DNA of 64,000 bases, from contig OY760686.1 in the NCBI GenBank assembly GCA_963663865.1, positions 608,001 to 672,000 on the forward strand. Reading direction: 5' to 3'. The notes beneath the pieces are model-generated. The model did not search any database. It saw nothing but the letters and a program-made list of their open reading frames with translations, and was not told where the DNA came from. This document shows, one piece after another, positions 47,520 through 58,161 of this stretch. The stretch's first letter is position 1; each line of letters opens with the position of its first letter. Origin of the DNA: Spirochaetota bacterium. GTDB taxonomy: Bacteria > Spirochaetota > UBA4802 > UBA5550. The position numbers and the translations under genes were made by a program.

Positions 47520-48185
47520 ATGGTTATGAATGTAAGTTATGGAAGTGTCTTGTCGCTTTGTTGTTTTCTGTCATGTGTTTCAACTAATATCTCTGCATTT
47601 AAAACTCCCGATGAGTTCACGCCATTGAAGAAGGTAATGATCTATGCGGAGGGAAACAATCTCATGACTCAGGAAGCAGTTGAAGAATCTGTTATGAATT
47701 CATTTCTGGCCGATGGCATAGATGCTGTCCCATCCCTGGAAATCCTCGTACCGACTGAAGAGTACACAGCAGAAAAGGTAAAAGCAATTCTGATAGAAAA
47801 GGGAATCGATGGTGTTTTAAGAGTGGATCAGGTTGCTGCCGATTATCACAGACAGCATATACCAGAGATGAAGATCGGTCCAAGCAGAACCGAAGGACAG
47901 ATACAGACTTATGGGAAGAGGTCTCAATTCTCCATGCAAACCTATCAGAATACTGTTGGAGGATTTGATGTTGAAAAGCCAAGAGTTGATTACACCTATG
48001 ATTTATATGAAGCTGTATCCGGGAAAAAGCTGTGGACGGCCCGGGCGTTTACAGGCGGAAACAGTTGCGTCTCTTTGAGAGAGGCTAAATCACATACCCA
48101 TGAGGAGATTGCTGAAAGGCTGATCAAAGAAGGAGTCTTAACAGCTTCAATAAAAAGCAGGAGGAATGCTTATAAAAGAAAGTAA
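47520..48185 (+). CDS. Putative lipoprotein
   Basis: FLSC lipobox-like; AGGA RBS. Confidence 0.65.
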   Translation: MVMNVSYGSVLSLCCFLSCVSTNISAFKTPDEFTPLKKVMIYAEGNNLMTQEAVEESVMNSFLADGIDAVPSLEILVPTEEYTAEKVKAILIEKGIDGVLRVDQVAADYHRQHIPEMKIGPSRTEGQIQTYGKRSQFSMQTYQNTVGGFDVEKPRVDYTYDLYEAVSGKKLWTARAFTGGNSCVSLREAKSHTHEEIAERLIKEGVLTASIKSRRNAYKRK

Positions 48186-49764
48186 TCCTGTGAAAAGAAT
48201 CCTGAAAATAATCTTCAACCTCTCCCTTAAACCTCTACGTCTAAACATGGAATTGCGTTACCCTGTAAGGTTTGCAGTGAATACGCAAAGGCTTTTCGAA
48301 TTTGATGTCAACAGTATCCTGTCAGGGATGGTGTTATCACAGAGGATTATGGCTGATTCAAAGGAGATAGAGATGATTATTCTGAGGTCATTCGTTCTTC
48401 AAGTCCAATTTAAAAGAAACCCGTTTAATTTTTCGGCTTCGGCAATATTAATACTGCTGCTGGTAAATACTCCTGAGGCGTGGGGAAATGAATGCTGCCT
48501 ATTTCATGGAGGGGCGGATTACTGCCTTTCGCAAAGCGGTAAGGTTGTATGTAAGGATGGGACTATCTGCAGTTCATGCGAATGTGTGGCCGCTTGTAGC
48601 TATTACGCGGGGAAAGAGCATAGCTTATCCTCAAGCGATCTGTATAATAAATACGTGCTGGTAGAAAAAGGCTACAGAGACAAACTGAGATTGGGCTATT
48701 ATAAATTTGCTGAAAGCAGCCGAGGGCAGGACAAAAACGAAAAGAATAAAGCTGAATACAATAAGAGCAACTACCTTCTTTTTGAAATATTCGGCGGATT
48801 TGAAACTTACATGTGCCACATAAATTCGAAGCCGCGATACAACGCAGTTCAGGAAATCGAAGCTGAAATAGAACCGATCTATCTCGGCAATCTCCAGATA
48901 AATGCTTCGATACCCTTAATATTTTTCAGGGGGGTCTACAAGTATGACTTTAAACAAAAGGGCGGAACAATAAACAGTAAGAGAGAAAATTATATCAATG
49001 AGTATGTAGACAGGGATAGGCTGAAGTATTTTCTGAATATTGTCGGAGGCATAATCGGCTTTGAGTTTGGATTTCAGACGGAAACCTTTGAGTATGGGAA
49101 GTATCGTTATTATACATCAGATTACGGTTATGGAAGTGAAAGAGATGACCTGCAGGGAGTATATCCCTTTCAGATATCTTCAGATCAGCTTCAGGTCAGG
49201 TATCACTTCTGGTGGTACAAGACCCCGAGGCTCGGAGGAGTAACCGGAGAGAATTATCCGTTTGATATCTATGTCGGATACAGGTACAGAAGAATGAATC
49301 TGCCTGGTATCATCTATGAGCTCGATGAAAACAAGATTCCGGTCGGCGAATCCCTCCCCCAGAATATTGAGTACAGAGTTCACTACGCCGGTATAGGCTT
49401 CGGGAATCAGGAAAAACTGCCCGATAAGGGGAGCAATCTTTACTGGGAGCTGGAGCTGTTCGCGGGTAAAGGTAAGACCACAGTAAACGTAAATGATTAT
49501 AACGGGGGAGTGTACTCCTTTAGCGGGGCTTATTCTTCCAGCCGTGAAAACATGGACATTCTTGCCTTCGATATAGGGCTTCGGCTTGGCTGGCTTGTAA
49601 ATTTTATTCACTCGGGTATTTTTATGAGCATAAAGCTGGAATACAGCGCGAATCTGGGCATGCAGTTCATAACGACATCGAAAGGGACACACACCTATGA
49701 AAGGTCTGAAGATGACGGTTCCATTTTTCATTCAGTAGAGCTTTCAGGGGAAATAACATTTTAA
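48166..49764 (+). CDS. Exported protein: Cys-rich N-terminal module plus probable beta-barrel (true start likely ~48349-48373)
   Basis: CCLFHGG..YC...VVCKDG..C..C.C; C-terminal Phe; AAGGAG before 48373. Confidence 0.65.
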   Translation: MLIKESNPVKRILKIIFNLSLKPLRLNMELRYPVRFAVNTQRLFEFDVNSILSGMVLSQRIMADSKEIEMIILRSFVLQVQFKRNPFNFSASAILILLLVNTPEAWGNECCLFHGGADYCLSQSGKVVCKDGTICSSCECVAACSYYAGKEHSLSSSDLYNKYVLVEKGYRDKLRLGYYKFAESSRGQDKNEKNKAEYNKSNYLLFEIFGGFETYMCHINSKPRYNAVQEIEAEIEPIYLGNLQINASIPLIFFRGVYKYDFKQKGGTINSKRENYINEYVDRDRLKYFLNIVGGIIGFEFGFQTETFEYGKYRYYTSDYGYGSERDDLQGVYPFQISSDQLQVRYHFWWYKTPRLGGVTGENYPFDIYVGYRYRRMNLPGIIYELDENKIPVGESLPQNIEYRVHYAGIGFGNQEKLPDKGSNLYWELELFAGKGKTTVNVNDYNGGVYSFSGAYSSSRENMDILAFDIGLRLGWLVNFIHSGIFMSIKLEYSANLGMQFITTSKGTHTYERSEDDGSIFHSVELSGEITF

Positions 49765-49904
49765 AATTTGGCGGAAAAACCCGCTTATAACGGTAATATC
49801 CCTTTAATAATACCATAAAAATGAATTGAACAATGTAACGAGCTGTAACATATATAGTAACACGAGATGAACCATTCACGGCATTATAGCACAAAGGAGT
49901 TAAG

Positions 49905-50654
49905 GTGAAAGATATCGATAAAATGCTTGAACAAATCGACTCTCTCAAGTCAAAGCTCGATTCAGCCCGTCCCATTATAGACAGATCAATTCTCGACGCT
50001 ATGGATATTGAGTACACGTACGACAGCAACCGTATTGAAGGCAATACCCTGACTCTGCGTGAGACTGACATAATCATAAACAAGGGACTCACTGTCAGCG
50101 GGAAGTCTTTGCGTGAGCACCTTGAGGCTACTAACCATTATGAGGCGATTGGTTATATTAGAGAGCTTGTTGAGAAAAAGGAAGAAATTACTGAAACTCT
50201 CATTAAGGATATTCATGCTATAATTCTCAGAGGTATAGACCGTCTGAACGCAGGCGTTTATCGTTCTGTGCCTGTTGCAATTTCGGGCAGCAGACCTGTT
50301 CCTCCGCAGCCTGTGGAGATTGCCGGGCTTATGGAAGATTTTATTCTATGGCTCAGGAATGAGTCTTCAGGTCTTCATCCTGTAATTCTGGCGGCTGAAG
50401 TGCATGAGCGTATTGCGACCATTCATCCATTTATTGACGGAAATGGCCGAACCGCCCGGCTTCTTATGAACCTTGTACTGATAATTCACGGGTATCCCAT
50501 TGCGAGTATTCCCGGTGATTCTGAAAGCCGTCTTGCTTATTACGATACCCTTGAATCGTGTAATATGACAGGGGATACAAGCAAATTCCATGTCTTTATA
50601 GCAAATTGTGTTTTTGAAAGTATGAATGGTTTTATTCGCAAGGCAGGGTTGTAA
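49905..50654 (+). CDS. Fic family protein (class II, N-terminal inhibitory motif)
   Basis: HPFIDGNGRTAR; SNRIEGN. Confidence 0.93.
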   Translation: MKDIDKMLEQIDSLKSKLDSARPIIDRSILDAMDIEYTYDSNRIEGNTLTLRETDIIINKGLTVSGKSLREHLEATNHYEAIGYIRELVEKKEEITETLIKDIHAIILRGIDRLNAGVYRSVPVAISGSRPVPPQPVEIAGLMEDFILWLRNESSGLHPVILAAEVHERIATIHPFIDGNGRTARLLMNLVLIIHGYPIASIPGDSESRLAYYDTLESCNMTGDTSKFHVFIANCVFESMNGFIRKAGL

Positions 50655-50715
50655 TATTACACTCTATTATGCGCTAATGAAACAACGTTACCAACAAATA
50701 CCGTACCCCTGCCCC

Positions 50716-50744
50716 TTGACTTTTATGGAATAATGCAGCATAAT
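50716..50744 (+). promoter_or_regulatory. Sigma70 promoter
   Basis: TTGACT-17-CATAAT upstream of 50803. Confidence 0.55.
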
Positions 50745-50802
50745 ACGAGCCAGTTAAAACGGTCGTGGTAAAAAACAATCTGTCTCAAAAGAGAGGTTTT
50801 AC

Positions 50803-51450
50803 ATGAAAAGAATTCTGGTTCTCATTTTATTCACTGCAATTGCGGGTACTTTTTCCTGCAAAAAGAATAACCCGGTTGATGCCGTCATCAATGATTATCT
50901 GGGAACACTTAAACTCAACGGCAGCATCGTTAAGGAAAAGGGTATGGCTGTCAAATACGGAGACCGTCTCGAAACGGGCGATAAATCATTCTGCACAATT
51001 ATAGTCGGAGATAAAAACATATTCCGTCTCGGGGCCAATTCAGAGCTGGTTTTCAATGTTTCCAGTGAAAGCAACTCTCTTGACCTTGAAAAGGGCTGGT
51101 TCAGCGGTGTTACCCGCAAGATCTTTACAAAGCAGGCAAATTACCTTGTTAAAAGTCCAACAATCACGGCAAGTATCAGAGGAACGTCGTACTGTGTAAA
51201 GGTTGAGGACAAAAATAATACATACTTTTGTGTCTGTAACGGAACAATCAGCCTGGCTGACCCCCATTCAGGAAACAAGGACAACGTGACTTCATCGCAT
51301 CATACTGCCCGAAGATACAGCAGTGACGGGAAAGGGGAAATCACCGTTGATGAAAATCCCGGAATGCTGTACCATGATGACGCCGGGGTCGAAGCCCTGG
51401 CTGCCGCAATAAACGAGAAGATCGACTGGAGCTCACCTGACAAACATTGA
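50803..51450 (+). CDS. FecR-domain lipoprotein
   Basis: FSC lipobox; GD.LETG..S, L.ANSEL, SPT.TASIRGT.Y.V. Confidence 0.8.
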   Translation: MKRILVLILFTAIAGTFSCKKNNPVDAVINDYLGTLKLNGSIVKEKGMAVKYGDRLETGDKSFCTIIVGDKNIFRLGANSELVFNVSSESNSLDLEKGWFSGVTRKIFTKQANYLVKSPTITASIRGTSYCVKVEDKNNTYFCVCNGTISLADPHSGNKDNVTSSHHTARRYSSDGKGEITVDENPGMLYHDDAGVEALAAAINEKIDWSSPDKH

Positions 51451-51669
51451 TTGTGACTGCTGAAGGTCTTTTCTCTATCTAACGCGGTACGGCACACGTT
51501 CGCGGGTCCGTACCGCCGCCCTGTTCCGGTGATATGATATCATTCAGTGATTTCTATTTCAAACTCACCCAATCCCATGTTCTTCACTTTTTAAAAAAAT
51601 ATTGGACTATGCAGCTGAATTATATTTTGTGAATCATGCTGTATATATAGATTCAGAGGATGGGATCGC

Positions 51670-52560
51670 ATGATGAAAAGAACAGTTTTATCGGCCGCGG
51701 CTGTTTATCTTCTCGTTGTATCTGCTGCCGCAGCTGACAGAAGTGTATTTCTTGACACGGCCTATGCCAATCAGAACTATTATCTGACTGACGAACAGAA
51801 GGCGGAGAGATGTCCGGCAGCAAAGCAGTTCTTCGACAGGGCGTACGCTCTGTACAAGCAGAAACAGGATATTGAGGCCGTTGCATGGTATGAAAAGTCT
51901 CTTCAGAAGTATTCTTCACCGGAAACATATTATCACTACGCAAACAGCCTTTCGAATATTGGCGAATTTGAGAATGCTGTAAAGGCTTACTCGGTGAGTG
52001 TTTCGATGAACTTTGACAGGCCTGAACTGGCCTGCTACAACATGGCCTGTTCATACAGCAAATTGAAAAACAAAGCGGCAGCTTACGAACATCTGAAGCT
52101 CGCCTTGCTGAACGGCTATCCTCAGCTGTCATACATCGGCAAAGACCCCGACCTGGCATATATCAGAAAGAGCGAAGATTATAAAACAAAGTATGCCGAA
52201 CTGGAAGGGCTTTATCATAAGGGAAATATTGACTTTGTAAAGGGCAAAAAGCTGGTCCACGAGGTTGCAAGCTCGGAAGACGTCTACTCGTTCAAAACTG
52301 ACGGAACAGTTGAAGTCCGGTTCATGGTTTCTGAGGATATTAACCACAGAAGGACCGGTACTTACACCGTTAAGAACTATATTGTCCACATTCAATGGGA
52401 ATACGAATCCGGTGAAAAGGGAGTCGGCAAACCGGAGAACTGTGCTTCAGCCTGTTTATATTCAAAGTACGAACCATACAGAAAAAAGATCACTCTGCAG
52501 GAAAAGCTGAGATGGACAGTAATCAACTCGGACGAGGATGGCCAATGGAGTTTCAGGTAG
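51670..52560 (+). CDS. Exported TPR protein
   Basis: Signal peptide, TPR pattern, YNMACSYS...DPDL. Confidence 0.8.
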   Translation: MMKRTVLSAAAVYLLVVSAAAADRSVFLDTAYANQNYYLTDEQKAERCPAAKQFFDRAYALYKQKQDIEAVAWYEKSLQKYSSPETYYHYANSLSNIGEFENAVKAYSVSVSMNFDRPELACYNMACSYSKLKNKAAAYEHLKLALLNGYPQLSYIGKDPDLAYIRKSEDYKTKYAELEGLYHKGNIDFVKGKKLVHEVASSEDVYSFKTDGTVEVRFMVSEDINHRRTGTYTVKNYIVHIQWEYESGEKGVGKPENCASACLYSKYEPYRKKITLQEKLRWTVINSDEDGQWSFR

Positions 52561-52609
52561 TCTGCATCTGCGTGCCCATCCCCCGATTGATTGAGAGGAA
52601 ACAAAGCTG

Positions 52610-53701
52610 ATGGAAGTCTCAGCCCATTACTACGGACTGTACGCCATGGCCCTGGCCTGCGGAATAAAAAACAGCACTGCGCGCCGCATTGCCTGCGCTT
52701 CGCAGTACGTGGATGATGCCTTAACAAACACGATTGTTTTCGAAACTGCTGCATCGGACGGCGCCTCAGCCGCTACGGGTCTTGCCTCGTGTCACTCGTA
52801 TTATTCGGTGAAAGACCTGTATCTTGACAACATGATTTTCAACACCTCAGCCTTCCACTTCTTCCCTGGTAACAGGGGCAGCTCCTTCAGTGAAAGGATG
52901 CTTTGCCGCGAAGACCCTCAAATACTGAGAGACCTGATTTCAGAGACCGTTTCTGCCCCCGGGCTTTCCCCCGAGAGACTGGGGATACTGCTTCACGTGT
53001 ATATGGATTCATTCTCCCATCAGGGCTTTTCCGGACTTATGTCGAAGGAAAACGACATAAAGGACCTTGTCCGATACGGTGAGATAAAGGCTTTGTCGAA
53101 GGCCAAGCTCTTTATCAAAAAGACGGTGGACCGTAAGTACAGATATTTCGACCGCTTTGTGCCTGCCTACGGGCACGCCCAGGCCTATCACTATCCGGAC
53201 ATCCCTGATGCTATATGGGGATATGCCTATGACCGTTCAGACGGACTTATTGCTGATGCGGAGGCCGTAAAAATTGACAATGCAGAACGGTACAGAAGGG
53301 CCTTCGCAGCTGTTGCCGGTTTTCTTCAGGGCATTAGTGACAGGAACATGTATTTTTCAGCAGTGAAGACCGATGGCCGCCTTATTGAAGAGGTAATCAG
53401 CCTGATGATCAGAAAGGAGGGCATAAGGCGTAAAAACCGCAGGCTTCTCCGCTTTATGAAAGATCTTCTCGCCCGAAGCGGGGAAAGCCCCGAAGTGCCG
53501 CGATACCGGCGTTCAGACTGGATGAAAGAGACATTCGTGAATTTCAGGAGGTCATGGTCTGACAGCCGTGTTGTGACAGGAGCGGTACCAGCTCCGGAAT
53601 TCGAGAGTACCGCCTGGTTTTTATTTATGCAGGAGATGCAATGGTACCGCGGCGAGTTTGTAAAGCGATTGCGGGAAAGCGGCCTCATCCTGCCGGTATA
53701 A
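52610..53701 (+). CDS. DUF6765-like protein
   Basis: HYY..Y..A..CG, SQYVDD, FHF.PG, GI.LH.Y.DSFSHQ.FSG, GHAQA...PD. Confidence 0.7.
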   Translation: MEVSAHYYGLYAMALACGIKNSTARRIACASQYVDDALTNTIVFETAASDGASAATGLASCHSYYSVKDLYLDNMIFNTSAFHFFPGNRGSSFSERMLCREDPQILRDLISETVSAPGLSPERLGILLHVYMDSFSHQGFSGLMSKENDIKDLVRYGEIKALSKAKLFIKKTVDRKYRYFDRFVPAYGHAQAYHYPDIPDAIWGYAYDRSDGLIADAEAVKIDNAERYRRAFAAVAGFLQGISDRNMYFSAVKTDGRLIEEVISLMIRKEGIRRKNRRLLRFMKDLLARSGESPEVPRYRRSDWMKETFVNFRRSWSDSRVVTGAVPAPEFESTAWFLFMQEMQWYRGEFVKRLRESGLILPV

Positions 53702-53799
53702 CGCGGTATAATTTAACCGCAAAGTATCATGGGGGTGATGGGGCAGCATCTTTTCGTCGTCCGCTGTTTTAATTTGCCGAACATTATGACGGTCGTTTT

Positions 53800-55113
53800 T
53801 TATTGAGCGTTGTTCTGACTGTTCATGCAGCACTTTTTGTATTTCAGTCCGCTTCCGCAGGGGCAGGGCCCGTTTCTGCCGGGGCTGTCAGTACTGGAGC
53901 TTTCGGGCAAAGTCTTCTGTGCCGGGTGCGCTGCCCTTTGTTCCTCTTTCCATTTTGCAGCGAGTTTTTTGAACCTCTGATCAGCGTGGCTGAAAAATAT
54001 TTCGTAAGATTCGCAAAGATGGTTCATGTTAAAGCCGTTATGATCTTTGATGCGGTCTTTAAGGCAACCGCCCCGGCATAGTTTGAGCCACTTGCAGCTG
54101 AGACATTTGTTCGGCATGGCTGACTTTTTCGCACCGAAGGCTGTCTGTTCAGGCGAGTTGAGCATGTCCGAAAGAGACTCCGTATTGATATTGCCTAACT
54201 TCAGATGCTCTTCAACAAAGAAGTCGCATGGAAACACGTCACCGTTATGTTCCACAACCACATACAGCCCGCATTCTTTCGCGAAAATACATTCCGGAGG
54301 ATTCATTCCGGCATAGTGATAAAAGATAGAATCAAAGAACCTGATTGAGGTTGAAGGTCGTCCATGTTTGAAATCAGCCAGCCAGCAGTCGAACAGCCTG
54401 CACAGAAAATGACCATAAGCCTTCGGAGGCACACAGAAAGGCGCGGGCATGCCGTCAGGGCCTGTTTCAACGCAGGGAATAAACTGCATGTAATTGAGGC
54501 CCAAGTCTCTGTAGTATGAGTACAGCTCATCGGGGAAGTCCACGGAATAGTCGTTTGCCACACAGAGGGCGTTGACTTCAGCTCCTTCATCAAGCATGAG
54601 CTTCGCATTGTATTCCACTTTTTCCCAGGTTCCAGTGCCCTTAACGCGCGTCTTTCTGTATTTATCGTGTATGTGCCGCGGGCCGTCGAGAGAGAGCCCC
54701 ACAAGAAATTTGTTGTCGCGAAGGAATCGTGCCCATCGGCGGTTTAGGAGGACTCCGTTTGTTTGAAGGCCGTTTGCCACGGTCTGGTCCCTTCCGTACT
54801 TTCGTTCAAGATCGACAGCTTTTTGAAAGAAGTCAAGGCCCATGAGAGTCGGCTCGCCTCCCTGCCAGCCAATGTACGACTGCCTGTCGGTTTGTTCCAT
54901 GAACTGCTTAATAAGGACGTCGAGCGTCTCATCGGACATCCTGTGTGTGGTGCCGGTAAAGAGGTCGGCTTTCTCGTAGTAGAAGCAGTAAGTGCAGGCA
55001 AGGTTGCAGTCAGGCCCGGCCGGCTTAATCAGAATATCTCTAAGTTTTTTCAAATCAGACCCCTGCGAAAGGGCATCCCCATGCGGGGATGCCAGTTTTC
55101 TCGCGAATAACAA
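53800..55113 (-). CDS. Anaerobic sulfatase maturase (radical SAM/SPASM) with SEC-C motif
   Basis: KPAGPDCNLACTYCFY, WQGGEP, SLDGP, PCDFFV, C..C.....C.GGC, GRNGPCPCGSG.KYKKCC. Confidence 0.93.
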   Translation of the reverse strand: MLFARKLASPHGDALSQGSDLKKLRDILIKPAGPDCNLACTYCFYYEKADLFTGTTHRMSDETLDVLIKQFMEQTDRQSYIGWQGGEPTLMGLDFFQKAVDLERKYGRDQTVANGLQTNGVLLNRRWARFLRDNKFLVGLSLDGPRHIHDKYRKTRVKGTGTWEKVEYNAKLMLDEGAEVNALCVANDYSVDFPDELYSYYRDLGLNYMQFIPCVETGPDGMPAPFCVPPKAYGHFLCRLFDCWLADFKHGRPSTSIRFFDSIFYHYAGMNPPECIFAKECGLYVVVEHNGDVFPCDFFVEEHLKLGNINTESLSDMLNSPEQTAFGAKKSAMPNKCLSCKWLKLCRGGCLKDRIKDHNGFNMNHLCESYEIFFSHADQRFKKLAAKWKEEQRAAHPAQKTLPESSSTDSPGRNGPCPCGSGLKYKKCCMNSQNNAQ

Positions 55114-55118
55114 CTTTC

Positions 55119-56681
55119 TCAGTCAAACAGCTTCCTGTATTGGTTGTCTATCCTCTTTTTTGTTTCTTCCTCAGTCTCGTTAGACCATCGTGGACGGATG
55201 CCTGACGTAATCTCCGAGTTCAGAGAATCCGCGGCATTCTGTAGTTCACGCACCTTCTGCGGATCGTAATCAGCGATGTTTCGGGTTGAGCTGATATCCT
55301 CGGGAAGATAATAAAGCTCATTGACCTCGTTGCCCTGCTCGTCCTGGAGTTGCAGCTTGTAGCCTGCCGAATCCCTTATTGCCCTGAGAACCTCACCATC
55401 GCCGTCATAGTACAGAAAGTACTTGTGGGGGGATGAAGCCGTTTCAGGATTTTCGACCAGCGTTTTAACCGATTTGCCGTCGATCACAGGGTTCTGTGAA
55501 ATATCAATTCCGGTGTATTCCGCGATTGTAGGCAGAATGTCCATATTTGATGCAAGCCCGTCTGTAACTGTGCCTGCCGGAATAGATTCAGGGAACCTCA
55601 TGATGCAGGGCACCCTCTGGCCGCCCTCATAGGTTTCGCCCTTCCATCCGAACAGTGGCAGCGCGCTTCCGGTGCTTCCGTCTGATGAAGCGCTCCAGTT
55701 GCCCATTGCGTCAGGGGCCATATCGAGTACGAACTTCCATGGGCCGTTATCCGAAGTGTAAATGACTATTGTGTCATCGTCGAGGCCGTTTTCTTCAAGC
55801 GCCGCTAACACCTGCCCTACGGACCAGTCTATCTCCTGAACCGCGTCTCCATAACGGCCGCGCGAGCTTGTGCCTGCCCAGTCGGGGCTGAAGTAGTTGG
55901 GGAAGTGAGGCTGGTTGTGAGCCATGTAAAGGAAGAACGGCCTGCCTTTGTTTTCTTCAATAAATTCAACGGCCTTTTCCGTGTATTTCACGGTCAGATA
56001 TGTCTGGTCGATTCCATAGCTGCCTTCAACGCCTTCATCGATAACGGTTTCATTCTCCATAAGCGGCAGATTAGGCCATGGCCCGCCCAGGTACATCTGA
56101 TAAGGGTGGTCGGGGGTCATGTCGTTGCTGTAAGGAATGCCGTAGTAGGAATCAAATCCCTGTGACGTAGGCAGGACCTCGTTGGGACGCCCGAGATGCC
56201 ATTTACCGATGCACTTGGTTGTATAGTCCCTGCCCTTAAGCATGTCGGCAATTGTTACCTCCGAAGGGTTCATGCCGAACTGGTCGTTTGGGAAGCAAAC
56301 GCCGTTGCCCATTTCGATGCGTTTGGGGTAGCATCCGGTCATGAGTCCCGCCCTTGACGGCGTGCATACGGGTGCAGAGGCGTAAAAGTTTGTAAACTTT
56401 ACGCCTTCATCGGCCAATCCGTCAATATTGGGGGTGCTGATGTCGGTTGATCCGTATGAGCTGAGATCGGCGTATCCCTGATCGTCGGTAAAAATCAGAA
56501 CCACATTAGGGGTTTTTGTGACACCACCGCTTTCTCCGTCATCGCTGCAGGACGTGACAGCTCCGGGCAGGGCAGCTGCCGCGGCGAGAAAAGCTGTCCT
56601 TTTGAACCAGCTTTCTTTGAAAAGCGGCCGGTTCTCTGGACGGCTATGTGCATAGAAGCCGTTTTTGTTTTGATCCTTCAT
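55119..56681 (-). CDS. Cys-type arylsulfatase, probable lipoprotein
   Basis: DDQGY.D, CTPSRAGLMTG, GKWHLG, SDNGP; GGAGG before ATG 56681. Confidence 0.93.
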   Translation of the reverse strand: MKDQNKNGFYAHSRPENRPLFKESWFKRTAFLAAAAALPGAVTSCSDDGESGGVTKTPNVVLIFTDDQGYADLSSYGSTDISTPNIDGLADEGVKFTNFYASAPVCTPSRAGLMTGCYPKRIEMGNGVCFPNDQFGMNPSEVTIADMLKGRDYTTKCIGKWHLGRPNEVLPTSQGFDSYYGIPYSNDMTPDHPYQMYLGGPWPNLPLMENETVIDEGVEGSYGIDQTYLTVKYTEKAVEFIEENKGRPFFLYMAHNQPHFPNYFSPDWAGTSSRGRYGDAVQEIDWSVGQVLAALEENGLDDDTIVIYTSDNGPWKFVLDMAPDAMGNWSASSDGSTGSALPLFGWKGETYEGGQRVPCIMRFPESIPAGTVTDGLASNMDILPTIAEYTGIDISQNPVIDGKSVKTLVENPETASSPHKYFLYYDGDGEVLRAIRDSAGYKLQLQDEQGNEVNELYYLPEDISSTRNIADYDPQKVRELQNAADSLNSEITSGIRPRWSNETEEETKKRIDNQYRKLFD

Positions 56682-56750
56682 AACATCCTCCTGTGTTATA
56701 AGTGTTGATGTCAGAAACATGACACAGGGAAGCCTGGCTGTCGTACGGCC

Positions 56751-57983
56751 TTATAAGGAGACACCGTCATTGGGAATTTTTTTTAAAGTTTCGCGGAATT
56801 GTGAAGGGGTCAGGCCGGTATGCTTTTTGAAAAAAACATTGAAGGTGGTTTTGGAATTGAAGCCTGACTCCATGGCTATGTACAGCAGGTTTTTGCTGTC
56901 GATCTGCTTATCGCGGTTCATAATTAGCTCCCTTGCGTACTGAACACGGTAGCTGTTTACGAAGTTGTAAAAATTACGGTTGAGCTTTGAGTTAATTATC
57001 AAAGAAAGGTGGTGCGCCGGAATACCGGTTTTGTCCGAAAGATCTTTAAGCGTAAGAGTACTGGAAAGAAACGGTTTCTCTCTATCCATGTATTCAAGTA
57101 GGGTTTTCAGATGTCTGTTAATATCCTCATCTTTTATCGTGAGCTTCTCGTATTTGGCTTTGTATTTTTCAGCATCTGTTTTCTCTTCCAGCGGTTCAGT
57201 GCCGCCTGAATCCGCAATTTTCAGGTCATAAAATGAGAGAGGCTGATAAAACGTAATGAAGACCGCGGAAAAAACAATGAAATCGATGGAAAAATCCCCG
57301 AGGATTGAAGCGGTAATAAAGAAATTTAAGTCTGTCAGTCCTGCAAGATGTGTCCAGAATCCTGTGTTCCTTGTGATATAATTCGCGAGCATTGAGATCA
57401 GGAAGATATTCAGCCAGAGACTTTTAATTCTGTTGATATTTGAAAAGTTGTTTTTCATTATTCTGTTGAATTTGTATGTATTGACAATAGAGACAATCGT
57501 GTAGATCAAACCTGACGTTATTATTACTGCGACCCAGGAGGTCAAAAAGGGAGTTGTAAAAAAAATTCTGAATGCCCCCTCAGGGGTGGTCGGTGAAGGC
57601 GCCCCGGTTTTTCCGTGTGAATCAATGAAAAATGGGATTACCAAAAACACAAAAAAAGGGAGAAGATGTAACAGATATGCCGGTCTGAGACCTGTTATTC
57701 GGCCGATGACAGATGAAGAATAAAAGAAGATCAGGCAGGGGAGAATCATATTAAACGGCATAACAACCGCGGAGGTTAATGAAAAGACCTTTGCCGCCGC
57801 AGGCGGGAGGGCATGGAAGTTGATTATGGAAAATCCGAGAAGACGGAAATATGAAACAAGAATGAAAAATACTGAAAGCAATATAATCGAAAGGTTTTTT
57901 TTGCGGAACAGGAGAGTGAAGCCGAAAAGGAATCCAAGAAACGAGCTAAGATAATTAACGTGGGATATGATTTCTTTTATCAT
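56751..57983 (-). CDS. AraC-family regulator with N-terminal membrane sensor
   Basis: Several TMs; NFYNFVNSYRV, ESGFNSKTTFN..FKK.TG.TP..FR. Confidence 0.92.
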   Translation of the reverse strand: MIKEIISHVNYLSSFLGFLFGFTLLFRKKNLSIILLSVFFILVSYFRLLGFSIINFHALPPAAAKVFSLTSAVVMPFNMILPCLIFFYSSSVIGRITGLRPAYLLHLLPFFVFLVIPFFIDSHGKTGAPSPTTPEGAFRIFFTTPFLTSWVAVIITSGLIYTIVSIVNTYKFNRIMKNNFSNINRIKSLWLNIFLISMLANYITRNTGFWTHLAGLTDLNFFITASILGDFSIDFIVFSAVFITFYQPLSFYDLKIADSGGTEPLEEKTDAEKYKAKYEKLTIKDEDINRHLKTLLEYMDREKPFLSSTLTLKDLSDKTGIPAHHLSLIINSKLNRNFYNFVNSYRVQYARELIMNRDKQIDSKNLLYIAMESGFNSKTTFNVFFKKHTGLTPSQFRETLKKIPNDGVSL

Positions 57984-58161
57984 AATACTATTCGTCTACG
58001 AGGATACCTTTATGAGTGTATATTTTAAAAACGGCCCTTTGTCTATCCAAATACAATATAGCAAACGGGAATTGCGTGATAAAATATACACTGGATAATT
58101 GTATGTGTCGTTCGGCCTTATAAGAACGAACATATTTTTAACAGGACGCCGCACCTGCCCC

